Shown: positions 48,079 through 58,350 of the stretch, piece by piece | Layout: each line of letters begins with the position of its first letter | Numbering within the stretch: the first letter of the stretch is position 1 | From: Bacteroidales bacterium | GTDB taxonomy: Bacteria > Bacteroidota > Bacteroidia > Bacteroidales > UBA10428 | NCBI GenBank assembly: GCA_016929525.1 | Contig: JAFGIP010000097.1 | Coordinates: forward strand, 64,713 to 128,712 | Reading direction: 5' to 3' | Length of the DNA: 64,000 bases | The notes under the pieces: generated by a model | Database searches by the model: none | The model's input: only the letters and a program-made list of their open reading frames with translations | What the model was told of the DNA's origin: nothing | Translations under genes and position numbers: made by a program

Positions 48079-50520
48079 CTAGCCGCGGCGTCTTAACAAT
48101 CTGCCGAAGAAATTTCGGGGTTCATCGGTATAATACTTATTATCATAACCGTACTTAAACGATTCTTTTCTGATATTAAGATCGTTGATTAAAATATTAA
48201 AATTCTCAAAACTATTATTTTTCAATCCTTTCAGTGCATTTCGGAATGCTTCTCTAACCGTGTAATCCAATCGTACAACAAAAATATTAACATCTGAATG
48301 CTTCATTAAAAGATATGTTTCTGAAACGATACCAACCGGTGCAGAGTCGATGATAATATAATCGTACATCTCTTTTAAGGTTTCAATGAATTCTGAAGTT
48401 CTTTCGGAACCAATTAATTCAGCCGGATTTGGTGCAGCCGGGCCTGCGGAGATTAGATCCAGGTTTTCAATTTCTGTAGGCAGGATAATATCATCAATAA
48501 CTGCTTTATCGATAAGGAATGAGCTGATACCGATCATATTACTTGAGCCAAATTCCTGGTGCACTTTGGGTCTTCTTAAATCAAATTCAAGCAGGGCAGT
48601 TTTATACCCGTTGAGAGCTAAGACAGAAGCAAAATTTATTGAGCAGAATGTTTTACCGTCTCCACTGGCAGAAGATGTAAACAGAACAACCTGTTTTTTA
48701 CCCCCATGGTCAAAAAACTGAAAATTGGTACGAATGCCTCTGAATGATTCAGAAACCGAAGAATTTGGTCTTTGGGCAACAACAAGAGTTGTTTTCCTGA
48801 AGCTGTGAAATACTTTACCAAGAACAGGTTTATCCGACATTGCTTCAATTTCTTCTATAGTGTTCAACCTGTTATTAAAAAAGTCGAGTACAAATACATA
48901 ACTTGTTGGTACCAATAAACCTAAAAACAAGGCAATCGCGTAGTTGAGTTTGGTTCTAGGAGCTACCGGGTGAGGAGTGATTGCTCGTGCAGGTTCGACA
49001 ACCTCATAATCAGGCATACTTGAAGCTTTAGTTATTTGGGCTTCAGAACGTTTTTGGAGTAAGAATGTATATATTGCACTATTTAGCTCAAATTTCCTCT
49101 CGATACCTTTAAGTTGTAGTTCAGTTTTCGGCATGGTCGAAATCTGATTTGATAACTTGTTAATTCTGTAATCAATCTCATTAACTGAAGCATTAAGAGT
49201 TTTTAATGAATTATCGACATTTTCCGAAATAGTATTTTTAAGGTTTTCAATTCTGATATTATAATTTCTCAGGAGGATATTATCGGAACTTGTACCTGTA
49301 TGACTCACTCTTTCTGAATTAATTGTAATAAGCTCAGAAACAAGATTTGTGAGTATAGGGTCTACAACATTCATCGATGAAGGAGCTATCAGGTCTGATA
49401 TATCACGATTTTTATTAAAATAATCCTTCAGATACAAATAGTATCTTTGCTGATCCTTAAGGGTCTGTCTTTCTTTTTCTAGCTCACTAAGTTTTGAAAA
49501 CACCTGTTGCCCCTGGAAACTAAGATCCATTACCTGATGTGATGTTCTGAAACTCTTTAAGCTGGCTTCTGCGGTAGATAATGAATCTTTAAACTCAGAT
49601 ATCTGAGCATCGATAAAGGATACAGTACTTGCCGCAGCATTATTTTTCTTTTGAAGGTTACGGTTAAGAAACACCGATGAAAGTTCATTCAGATAGTCTG
49701 ATACTCTGTAATAATTTGTCCCTTTCAGAGTCAATCTTATTATTGATGCTGTTTGACTAATGGGCTCAACACTGAGGTATGACTGGTATTCAAATGTTTG
49801 AAGATTCGTATTGTTTAAATAGAAATACAACACATTATCATTCGTCAGGTTCTTATCATAATCGGGAGTTTTAAGAACCAGAAAGCTGCAATATTCAGTT
49901 TTTATTTCCTGTCCGAAGTTATACTTGTAATTAAATAGCTTGTAGGGTTTTTTATCTGTCACAACATCATCGATATAATTATACAGATATACATCATCCT
50001 TTTGTGACTTGGTATAGATCTTAAAACTATTATCGTCTATGAACTCAATATAGAATGGAAGATAAACAGCCTGATCGTGAGTCGGATCAACTATCACTTT
50101 GATAGGTGAATGCTCATATTGTTCCTTTTTCTTAACAAAATTTGTTCTTTCCAGCAAATCGGAATAAAACGACATCTCGTAAGTATATATTGATACCTTA
50201 AGATCCATTCGCTGTATTGCTTCTTTAACAATTGAAAATGAGCTTAGTATTTCTACTTCATTGTCAATATTGATCTGTCCTGAAAGGAATGCCATTCCCT
50301 GCATAAAGTCTTTCCCTCCTGAAAATGCACTTTTCTCTTTTTCTGAGATCATAACCGTTGTCTGGTTCTGGTATAATACAGTGGCAGATTTATTATACAG
50401 AAATGCACCTATTAGAAATATTACAATGGTAAAAATGTAAAAACGTTTATATCCCAGAAAACGCTGTACTATTTTCTTATAGTTTATATGCTGTTGAAAT
50501 TCTTCTTCTCCTGTTCTCAT
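48079..50520 (-). CDS. wzc: Polysaccharide co-polymerase / tyrosine autokinase (Wzc/GumC type)
   Basis: 813 aa. Two TM segments flank a coiled-coil Wzz-like domain. C-terminal kinase has Walker A SSASGDGKT, A' EFDLRRP and B IIIDSAP, plus a Tyr-rich tail YGYDNKYY. Confidence 0.85.
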   Translation of the reverse strand: MRTGEEEFQQHINYKKIVQRFLGYKRFYIFTIVIFLIGAFLYNKSATVLYQNQTTVMISEKEKSAFSGGKDFMQGMAFLSGQINIDNEVEILSSFSIVKEAIQRMDLKVSIYTYEMSFYSDLLERTNFVKKKEQYEHSPIKVIVDPTHDQAVYLPFYIEFIDDNSFKIYTKSQKDDVYLYNYIDDVVTDKKPYKLFNYKYNFGQEIKTEYCSFLVLKTPDYDKNLTNDNVLYFYLNNTNLQTFEYQSYLSVEPISQTASIIRLTLKGTNYYRVSDYLNELSSVFLNRNLQKKNNAAASTVSFIDAQISEFKDSLSTAEASLKSFRTSHQVMDLSFQGQQVFSKLSELEKERQTLKDQQRYYLYLKDYFNKNRDISDLIAPSSMNVVDPILTNLVSELITINSERVSHTGTSSDNILLRNYNIRIENLKNTISENVDNSLKTLNASVNEIDYRINKLSNQISTMPKTELQLKGIERKFELNSAIYTFLLQKRSEAQITKASSMPDYEVVEPARAITPHPVAPRTKLNYAIALFLGLLVPTSYVFVLDFFNNRLNTIEEIEAMSDKPVLGKVFHSFRKTTLVVAQRPNSSVSESFRGIRTNFQFFDHGGKKQVVLFTSSASGDGKTFCSINFASVLALNGYKTALLEFDLRRPKVHQEFGSSNMIGISSFLIDKAVIDDIILPTEIENLDLISAGPAAPNPAELIGSERTSEFIETLKEMYDYIIIDSAPVGIVSETYLLMKHSDVNIFVVRLDYTVREAFRNALKGLKNNSFENFNILINDLNIRKESFKYGYDNKYYTDEPRNFFGRLLRRRG

Positions 50521-50528
50521 ATAATTTA

Positions 50529-51293
50529 CTATTTACCGGCGTTAAGATTATAATTTAGAATTCCTAACCAAATTGTTGCTGCAGATGTCACTACTGATAT
50601 AACCAGTACAAATGCTGAACGATCCTGCATTGACCTGTACTTTGCCTTAACAGGGTTTACTATTAAGATATCGTTAGGTATTAAGTAATAGTAATCAGAA
50701 GCAGCAATATTTTTTTCGGTAAGATTTAGATAACTATAACTAACCTGATTATTAACCTCACGCACTAATGTAATATTTGTTTTATCTCCAAAATCGGCTA
50801 TATCACCTGCTAAACCCAAGGCCTGGAATATAGTGATCTTTTCATCGAAAAATGTGTGGTTACCAGGGTGCCTTACTTCACCCAGAACAGTGACCTTGTT
50901 ACCAACAAAACGAACCCTTACGGAAATATTTGTAAGATACTTATTTAATTCTTTTTCCAGTTTATCTTTTGCTTCATCTATTGTTAAATCGGCAAGCATA
51001 ATATCTCCTATAAAGGGAAAATCGATATAACCTCTTTCGTTTACTTCATACGAAAGAAGTTGTATATTTTGTTGTCCGTATCGGTCTTCAGACTCAAAAA
51101 TTGCATTGGTCTGTTCGTCCAGGCTGTAAATTTTTATATACAGATAATCGTACGGCTGGATGGTTTTTTCTGACCTGTTGTTGTAATAACTGTCTTTCGA
51201 TTCTGCAGTATTTATTGTATACTTCAGTTTTTCTGTTGGTGTACAACTTAGTAAGGCTACCATTATAGCCGAAAGTGCTAGTATTTTACGCAT
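50529..51293 (-). CDS. wza: Polysaccharide export outer-membrane lipoprotein (Wza type)
   Basis: 254 aa. Lipobox ALLSC, Poly_export/SLBB-like core (PFIGDIMLADLT...VTVLGEVRHPG) and a hydrophobic C-terminal helix. Confidence 0.8.
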   Translation of the reverse strand: MRKILALSAIMVALLSCTPTEKLKYTINTAESKDSYYNNRSEKTIQPYDYLYIKIYSLDEQTNAIFESEDRYGQQNIQLLSYEVNERGYIDFPFIGDIMLADLTIDEAKDKLEKELNKYLTNISVRVRFVGNKVTVLGEVRHPGNHTFFDEKITIFQALGLAGDIADFGDKTNITLVREVNNQVSYSYLNLTEKNIAASDYYYLIPNDILIVNPVKAKYRSMQDRSAFVLVISVVTSAATIWLGILNYNLNAGK

Positions 51294-51352
51294 GATTTAA
51301 ATGACTTTGTATGCTACACAAAGATAGACGAGCTGAACTATTTTGCAATGGA

Positions 51353-52777
51353 TTAATGGCCACCGGCACGAAAAACACTTAAAATTGTACGGAAAAAAAG
51401 TATGAAATCGGCTTTAAGTGACCAATTATCAATGTATTGGATATCTAATTTCATCCACTTTTCAAATATCACATCGTTTCTGTTAGGAATTATTTGCCAT
51501 GTGCATGTAATACCGGGTCTTACAGAAAGACGACGTAATTGCCAGCGCTCATATTTTTCTACTTCATCAGGCAGAGGTGGTCTGGGACCAATTAACGACA
51601 TTTCTCCTTTCAGAACATTGAATAACTGCGGTAATTCATCTAAACCAGTCTTTCTAAGCAGACGTCCAATGGATGTAATACGTGGGTCTTTTTTTATTTT
51701 AAAAGCAGGGCCATCACTTTCATTCTGGGCCATCAGCTCTGCTTTTAAGACCTCTGCGTTGTGAACCATAGTGCGGAACTTATAGATATAGAACTTTCTG
51801 CCTCTTAATCCCACTCTTTCCTGTTTAAAGATGACCGGACCTTTAGATGTTGTAATTATCAATATTGCTATTAGCAACATAAATGGTGAAAGAATAAAAA
51901 TGATGGCAAATGAAATCCAAAAATCCAGAAATGTTTTCCATAACGATTCAAAACGACTTTTGTGAGCACTATTGAATGTTAAGAAAGGCACATCGTTAAA
52001 GTTTGTCATGTAGGCATTGGTGTATGTCATAGGTGAAAGATCTGATTGTAACCTGAAAATAACACCTATTTCCTCACATGTTTCAATGAGTTCATTCACA
52101 GTGCTTTCATTTTGGAGATTACTTTTACAATAAATTACCTCATCAACAATATCAAATTTTATCAGATCGCGGATAGTCACTTTTTCAGGAAGAATGCGAA
52201 TATCTTTTGCAAATTTATTTCTGATTTTATCCGAATTAGTAAGAATAATAAGTACCCTGAATCCCCATTCTTTGTGAGTAAGAATATCATCGATAAATCT
52301 TTCAGACTGATCATCGGCATAAATTAATACATTGTGTATATTATGTCCGTTTACCCTGAAGTACTTGAATACTCTGTATGTGAGCATACGCAACAGGAAC
52401 AACGTCAATAAATTAATAACCGAGAATGCAATTATCATATAATGACTAAATACTTCTAACTGGAAAATATGTTTGTAAAGAAATATTAGCAGAAATCCTA
52501 CGAAACTGAAATTTAAAAGACTAAAAAGTATTGATAACGGTGTTCTGGTCCTTGGGACACTTGCAATATTTGAATTTCTTAATAAAATTGCCCATGTAGG
52601 AACGATGAGAAGAAGCATGTATACATACTCTATTGTGAAAGTGAAGTACCACCTTTCAATAAGGTTTACAATTACATACGCTGCGAAATATGATATGATT
52701 GTAACCAGAATATCAAGTATCGGAAATAAATCCTGTATCTTACTTAGTGGTCGGACCTTCTGAAGTACTTTCATCAT
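51353..52777 (-). CDS. Undecaprenyl-phosphate sugar phosphotransferase (WbaP-like priming enzyme)
   Basis: 474 aa. About 4-5 N-terminal TM helices and a C-terminal Bac_transf domain (FKQERVG, SLIGPRPPLP, RLSVRPGITCTWQI). Confidence 0.85.
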   Translation of the reverse strand: MMKVLQKVRPLSKIQDLFPILDILVTIISYFAAYVIVNLIERWYFTFTIEYVYMLLLIVPTWAILLRNSNIASVPRTRTPLSILFSLLNFSFVGFLLIFLYKHIFQLEVFSHYMIIAFSVINLLTLFLLRMLTYRVFKYFRVNGHNIHNVLIYADDQSERFIDDILTHKEWGFRVLIILTNSDKIRNKFAKDIRILPEKVTIRDLIKFDIVDEVIYCKSNLQNESTVNELIETCEEIGVIFRLQSDLSPMTYTNAYMTNFNDVPFLTFNSAHKSRFESLWKTFLDFWISFAIIFILSPFMLLIAILIITTSKGPVIFKQERVGLRGRKFYIYKFRTMVHNAEVLKAELMAQNESDGPAFKIKKDPRITSIGRLLRKTGLDELPQLFNVLKGEMSLIGPRPPLPDEVEKYERWQLRRLSVRPGITCTWQIIPNRNDVIFEKWMKLDIQYIDNWSLKADFILFFRTILSVFRAGGH

Positions 52778-52967
52778 CTCTCTTGTTGTTTCAATTTAAT
52801 ATTAGGCTGAACATTGTAACAAATTTACGCAGGATTCTATCTCGTAGTATATGAATATTAGCGAATGACACCCATATTTTGACTAAGGCCTGTTTTTTAA
52901 AGACAGAACTTAATTTCATCACTATAATCTCTTGTTAAATTGAGGACTTATTAACAAAAAATCTTTA

Positions 52968-54941
52968 TTAACGCACAATAATAACCTTATAATGATCGAT
53001 TATTTCACGGTTATTATATAGGATCAGGAAATATGGGCCAACCGGCAAATATGATATATCTATAATGTTCTGGCCGGTGTTAACTGCACTTGTGAAATTA
53101 ATATCGAGTAATATCTTACCTGTTATATCAATCAACTGGAGGTAATAACTTTCGGTTATATCTAAAAGTTCTTCATTACTTAGAACATCGATAACAAGGA
53201 AATCGGATGATGGATTTGGCCAAACATTCAAAGTATATTCTGTTGAGTTAAGATAATAGTTAGAATTTGAGAATGGTGAAGCCAGGTAATTGGTCACGAT
53301 ATTATCTTCACTGAGTGCAACGTTATATAACGAACATAAGTATAGTTCTCCTGTCCATGGTGAATTACCGTCTATTGAATTACCGATTACCAGAGAATAG
53401 TCTCTTGTCCAACTGTCATAACCCGGAGGTCTGTAACCGTCTGAAATTGCCTTGCCATTTAAATAAAGTGTTTCATTTCCATACTTATCGTGGGTATAAA
53501 CAATATGTTGCAGGAGGGCACTATCAACGGAAGAACTCATTGTAAAGTCAGGTTTACCTTGTTCATCGGTGGTAACAGTTGTCAGATTAACGAGATATCT
53601 AATTTTCCCTTCATTGAACGGATCGATCTGACAATTAAGGGAGAACGCAACTGAATTATCAGTTTCAAGTGCAATAATTGTTGAATTGGTTGTATCGGGT
53701 ATCAGGGAAGTTTTAATCCAGCATTCAACAGTAATTTCGTTGTTACTTTTACACGCCTCAATGATTTTTCCCGGATTCACCTGGGAACGTATAATTGTAT
53801 TAGAATGTATTTTAATGGAATTGCTGCCTGTACTCACAGCACCGGTATCTTCAATCACAAGGTTAACCTGATCATTATACCATGAAATATCCGGTATAAT
53901 ATTCTCTTCCCGCTGTACGAAAGAATATAAAGCTATAACACTGTCGGTAACACGATGTTCTGAGAACCAGGGTAGTGTCCTTGCAGTAATAAGATTCCCC
54001 TCAGCCCTGTTTCCAAGAGTATCGTTTGATGAAACCAATATATTGTAGGTGATATTCGATAAAAGTTCACCGGCAGTCCATTCTGTATTATTATAATCAG
54101 AAATGCGCGTTGTGTCGTTATTTTCCGAATACATTAAGATGTCATAGAAAACTGATTCTCCGGTAACGGTATTCCAATGCACTGTAATGCTATTATAGGT
54201 TATTTCGGATAATTCAACAATGGGAGGATAAAGTTCTATTGTCACCTCAATGATTAAAGAAATTGTATCGGCCGGCTCCGACACACCGTAATAATTCGAA
54301 GAAAAAACATAATAGTAATAAGTGATATTTGGATCAATATTATAGTCGAAATATTCGGTGGTGTCTGCTCCGACAGAGTCAGCAAATGTTATAGCATCGG
54401 GATCGGTTCCTTTATAAATCTGGAAAGATGTCTCATTATCGGAATTATCCTGCCAGTTTAATACTACTCTTTCGACATTAATATTTCCTGTCAGGTTAGA
54501 TGGGGCATCAGGAGGTGTATGAGGTAAGCTGGTTGTACTTCCCATGATTTCGTTGCTATAACCTGATTCACCATCAGCATTTACTGCCTTAACACGGTAA
54601 TAATAATCGGTACCGGCTTCGGTTTGCCAATCCAGATAGATTGTTGTGTTTACATCAACAGTATCGAATTCTTCAAATTCAAATCCTTCTTCGTGACGTT
54701 CAATTACAAAATAGTCTTCATCAGCAGAATTATCTTCCCACTGCATGAGCACATAGTCGAAATCGGTTTCAAGAATCTGCAGATTTGTCGGCGCATTAGG
54801 GATTGTGTTTATATCCTTATCAGCCCGGAAATCTGTTTTATTCAGTTGCGAAAAAGCAGCATAGGGCATACTACTTCCTGCAGCTAATGCCAAAAAAACA
54901 TACGAAAAGAAAAAAAAACTTTGTAATGGAAATTTGGTCAT
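52968..54941 (-). CDS. Secreted FN3 x3 plus LamG-like (concanavalin-type) protein with T9SS C-terminal sorting domain
   Basis: 657 aa. Signal peptide. Three FN3-like repeats (WEDNSADEDYF..YYYRVKAVN; WQDNSDNETSF..YYYYVFS; HWNTVTGE..). LamG-like region (GNSIDGNSPWTGELYLCSLYN). CTD VWPNPSSDFLVIDV... Confidence 0.75.
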   Translation of the reverse strand: MTKFPLQSFFFFSYVFLALAAGSSMPYAAFSQLNKTDFRADKDINTIPNAPTNLQILETDFDYVLMQWEDNSADEDYFVIERHEEGFEFEEFDTVDVNTTIYLDWQTEAGTDYYYRVKAVNADGESGYSNEIMGSTTSLPHTPPDAPSNLTGNINVERVVLNWQDNSDNETSFQIYKGTDPDAITFADSVGADTTEYFDYNIDPNITYYYYVFSSNYYGVSEPADTISLIIEVTIELYPPIVELSEITYNSITVHWNTVTGESVFYDILMYSENNDTTRISDYNNTEWTAGELLSNITYNILVSSNDTLGNRAEGNLITARTLPWFSEHRVTDSVIALYSFVQREENIIPDISWYNDQVNLVIEDTGAVSTGSNSIKIHSNTIIRSQVNPGKIIEACKSNNEITVECWIKTSLIPDTTNSTIIALETDNSVAFSLNCQIDPFNEGKIRYLVNLTTVTTDEQGKPDFTMSSSVDSALLQHIVYTHDKYGNETLYLNGKAISDGYRPPGYDSWTRDYSLVIGNSIDGNSPWTGELYLCSLYNVALSEDNIVTNYLASPFSNSNYYLNSTEYTLNVWPNPSSDFLVIDVLSNEELLDITESYYLQLIDITGKILLDINFTSAVNTGQNIIDISYLPVGPYFLILYNNREIIDHYKVIIVR

Positions 54942-55180
54942 AATTAGGTTCTGATGTATTATTATCTAAATAAGATGAATAAATCAGGTTTAATATAACC
55001 TGCAAAGTAAATGTCTTTTTTTAAAATTATAATTACTTGCACAAAATCTTTGTTTTTTTAGTTATTTAAGTTGTTTATAAAAAGATATAAATATTAACCT
55101 GAGATAGTTGTATTTAACCACCTGGCAGATAGATGGCAGGATTTTTTGTTATACTCATTATTTAATGATTTCTAGACCTT

Positions 55181-55924
55181 TCATTTAATTTTTTTCAATT
55201 TCATTTTAAAAAGCAGGAGATCAATAAAAAACAACGGAGAATAAATAAGATATCTTTTCCAAAGTCTTTTTGGTTCTTTAAGTAGTCTGATAAACCATTC
55301 CATGTTGTTTTTTACCCAAAAATCCGAAGGACGTGAAACGGAACCTGCATAAAAATCAAATACAGCTCCTATTGAACAGATAATTTTTGTTTCAAGGTTA
55401 TCTGAATGTTTATAAACCCATTTTTCCTGTTTCGGGGCAGTCATCCCAACAAATAAAACATTGGGAGAAAATTTACGAACAGCTTCACACATAATCATAC
55501 TATCTTCTGTATTAAAAACTCTTTTGTAAGGAGGAGAAAAAAAACCAGCTTTCACGTTCGGGAATTCATTACTTATCTTTGTTTCTATTGCATTAAGTGT
55601 TTTTTGTGAAGAACCAAGAAAAAAACAACTTCCTTTAATTTCATTGAGGTAATTGCACAAATACATAAAAATATCGGCACCGGCAATTTTTTTTATTTTA
55701 ATCTTTTTTAACCATTTAGCTGCAATAACAACCGGAAAACCATCGGGTAGCAGTATATCTGATTTTTGAAGCGCGGTTTTGAATATTTCATCTCTGTTTG
55801 CTACTACATATGAATATGCATTTAAAGTATTTATAATAGTTTTATTCTTTCCTAACTGAATAATTGATATATCATCAGAAAAAACATTGTAGTCAAATAC
55901 TCTTGTTGTTGTCCAGTTACTCAT
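55181..55924 (-). CDS. WecB/TagA/CpsF-family glycosyltransferase
   Basis: 247 aa. LLPDGFPVV, FFLGSS, GMTAPKQEKW and GAVFDFYAG motifs. Confidence 0.8.
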   Translation of the reverse strand: MSNWTTTRVFDYNVFSDDISIIQLGKNKTIINTLNAYSYVVANRDEIFKTALQKSDILLPDGFPVVIAAKWLKKIKIKKIAGADIFMYLCNYLNEIKGSCFFLGSSQKTLNAIETKISNEFPNVKAGFFSPPYKRVFNTEDSMIMCEAVRKFSPNVLFVGMTAPKQEKWVYKHSDNLETKIICSIGAVFDFYAGSVSRPSDFWVKNNMEWFIRLLKEPKRLWKRYLIYSPLFFIDLLLFKMKLKKIK

Positions 55925-55974
55925 ATGCTTATACCAATTTAATCTGAATCTTTTAAATTATTGCCATACCAGGT

Positions 55975-57168
55975 TTAAATTTCTTGGATATTATACCAGT
56001 TAAATGTATTTAAAGCTAATTTCTTCCAATCCATCCATTTAAGGTTAACTTGTTCTTCAATATTTCTGACCATCTTTTGATATAGTTCATTACTTTTCCA
56101 TAGTTTAATAATATTTTCTTCCAATTCCTTCAAGTCGCCGTTTTTAAACAGCAATCCATTAATGTTATGATATACAATATCTTTAATTCCTTCCAAATCA
56201 GATGCAATTATAGGTTTATTAAAGCAGAATCCGGTATTGGGAATACCACTTTGTGATGAACTTGTATACGGAAGAATAATTGCATAACAGTTTTTAATGA
56301 GTGTTACAATCTCAGTCTCGGATAAGTACTTATTGATCAATATTAAATTTTTAGGTATTTTAAATCGATCATTAAGGTTTGTTGCATCCTTACCTGCGAT
56401 AATAAATTTGCAGTCAATGTTTTGATCTGATATTGACTGGGCAACTTTAACAAGTAAATCAACCCCTTTATATGGGTGTATATAACCAACAAACAGAAAA
56501 TAATCCTTTCCGGGTAGTTTCAGATCATCAGATTCTTTAAATGTTTTATAGCCTTCAAATAGTCCGAAGGGAATTACTGTAGTTTGGTTAAGAGGTTTCG
56601 AGAATGAATTGTGATATTCGCTCCTGACACTTTTAGAGTGGAATATAAGCCTGATTGGTCTTTTTTCAAATATTCGAAATAGTATTTTAAAAAATAAATG
56701 CTTAATCCTGTTTTTATCAAGCATAAGTATTCTGTCACATGATTCGTGCAGGGTATGAACGATTTTATCTTTTGGTAAAAGACATTCAATTATAGGAAAA
56801 AGAACATAAGTGCCAATAATGTGACAAATGCTGTATTTTCTTTTTTTTATTAACCGACTAAGATGAAAAGATGTGATTATGTCCTTAAAAAACCTTTTCC
56901 CTCCTGAAAAAACAACGATTTGAATTGTCACATCAGATTTTTCAAAGTAATAATGAACGTGTTCGGGAATTACTATAGAAGATTGTTCAGGAGTTAATAT
57001 TCCACATTTAATATTTTTAGCCTGGAAAGAGATATCCATCATTGCCGGATTCAGAAAAGTTTTTTGTATAACACAAAACAGATCAACCGGAGTATGTGTT
57101 GAGACATGCTTTATTAAGGGAAACGTACTTTCAAAAAAAGATGCGGAAATAACAGATACTTTCATCAA
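55975..57168 (-). CDS. GT4-family (GT-B) glycosyltransferase
   Basis: 397 aa. The C-terminal region (ILPYTSSSQSGIPNTGFCFNKPIIASDLEGIKDIV) matches the Glycos_transf_1 pattern. Confidence 0.7.
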   Translation of the reverse strand: MMKVSVISASFFESTFPLIKHVSTHTPVDLFCVIQKTFLNPAMMDISFQAKNIKCGILTPEQSSIVIPEHVHYYFEKSDVTIQIVVFSGGKRFFKDIITSFHLSRLIKKRKYSICHIIGTYVLFPIIECLLPKDKIVHTLHESCDRILMLDKNRIKHLFFKILFRIFEKRPIRLIFHSKSVRSEYHNSFSKPLNQTTVIPFGLFEGYKTFKESDDLKLPGKDYFLFVGYIHPYKGVDLLVKVAQSISDQNIDCKFIIAGKDATNLNDRFKIPKNLILINKYLSETEIVTLIKNCYAIILPYTSSSQSGIPNTGFCFNKPIIASDLEGIKDIVYHNINGLLFKNGDLKELEENIIKLWKSNELYQKMVRNIEEQVNLKWMDWKKLALNTFNWYNIQEI

Positions 57169-57180
57169 GCCCGTAAGATT

Positions 57181-58065
57181 TTATTTTTCTAATAGTAGTT
57201 GACTAAATGAGACTGATGAAACAGGACGTCTTCTTTTTTCAAGAATCCATTTTTGTTTTGATATTGAAAAATAATATACCAGTGCCTTTTTCCATACAAA
57301 TAAACGAATAAGTTTATTCATTATCTGATTTGTCGAAGCTACTTTATGAATCAGTTGCTGTTTTCGTGACAGTTTTCTATAAACCTGCATTACTTCCGTA
57401 AAATATTTGTTTTCCTGAATTTTAGATCTGCTTTCAGCCCTCATTCTAAATCCTGAAAGAGGTAAACCAATTGTCACATGTTCACTAATACGGGCAAATC
57501 TTGTCCAAAGTTCAAAATCACCGGCTAATTTATACGACAGATTTAATCCACCCGTACTTTCCCATAATTCGCGTCTCCAAAACATGCTTTCTTGTTGAAG
57601 ATATCCATATATACCATGTCTGAAGAATCCTTTTGAAATTAAATTGGATGGTCTGGCATTTACAGTATTGTAAATATTGGTTAAATCACCTTCTTCATCC
57701 AAAAATGCAGCAATACCCGAAATCCATTTAATTTCAGGGTAGCTTGAAAAAATCTTCGCAACTCTTTTCAATGTCCAGGGGAAATATACATCATCAGCAT
57801 TTAGCCATGCTAAGACTTCTCCTGTAGCCATGTTCATGCCTTTCTGGATAGCATCATACTGACCATTATCCGGTTCAGAAATAATAGTATTGATTTTATC
57901 TTTATACTTGTTAATAATTGATAGTGTATTATCTGTTGATTTACCATCAATTATTATGTATTCGAGATTTGGGTATTCCTGACCAATGACAGATTTAATA
58001 GTTTGCTCAATAAAATTGGCCATATTATAGCACGCAGTAACTACAGATATTTTAATGTCAGACAC
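57181..58065 (-). CDS. Family 2 glycosyltransferase
   Basis: 294 aa. ISVVTACYN, IIIDGKSTDNT and LNADD (DxD-like) GT-A motifs. First gene of the EPS operon. Confidence 0.8.
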   Translation of the reverse strand: MSDIKISVVTACYNMANFIEQTIKSVIGQEYPNLEYIIIDGKSTDNTLSIINKYKDKINTIISEPDNGQYDAIQKGMNMATGEVLAWLNADDVYFPWTLKRVAKIFSSYPEIKWISGIAAFLDEEGDLTNIYNTVNARPSNLISKGFFRHGIYGYLQQESMFWRRELWESTGGLNLSYKLAGDFELWTRFARISEHVTIGLPLSGFRMRAESRSKIQENKYFTEVMQVYRKLSRKQQLIHKVASTNQIMNKLIRLFVWKKALVYYFSISKQKWILEKRRRPVSSVSFSQLLLEK

Positions 58066-58090
58066 TTGGATATTATTATTTTGTTGATTT

Positions 58091-58098
58091 CAAAGATA
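58091..58098 (-). promoter_or_regulatory. Candidate -7 promoter box of the EPS operon
   Basis: The minus strand reads TATCTTTG (TAnnTTTG), 26-33 nt upstream of the ATG at 58065. Confidence 0.35.
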
Positions 58099-58350
58099 AC
58101 TTCTTTTAAATAATTATAGAAGCAATTATTATGACTGATGAAGACTATTTTTCAAACTTTATAATAGGGATACTCTTGCGACAATGAAAGGGTTAGATTA
58201 CTTAAAAAATGATGCCGAATATGAATCAACACTGACGAATGGTTACATTTATTTGACGAATGGCTTAAATTCTTCGATGAAATAGCAACATTTAGGGTTA
58301 ACTTTCGTAATGAAATAGTATAAACGCAAAACTCTTTAAACTAACCAATA

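Noticed and set aside
55119-55148. Hairpin plus T-run (CCTGGCAGATAGATGGCAGG ATTTTTT) between the WecB-type GT and the FN3 gene
   Set aside because: The stem is imperfect (4 bp, a mismatch, then 2 bp). The T-tract is on the plus strand, while both flanking genes are transcribed on the minus strand.
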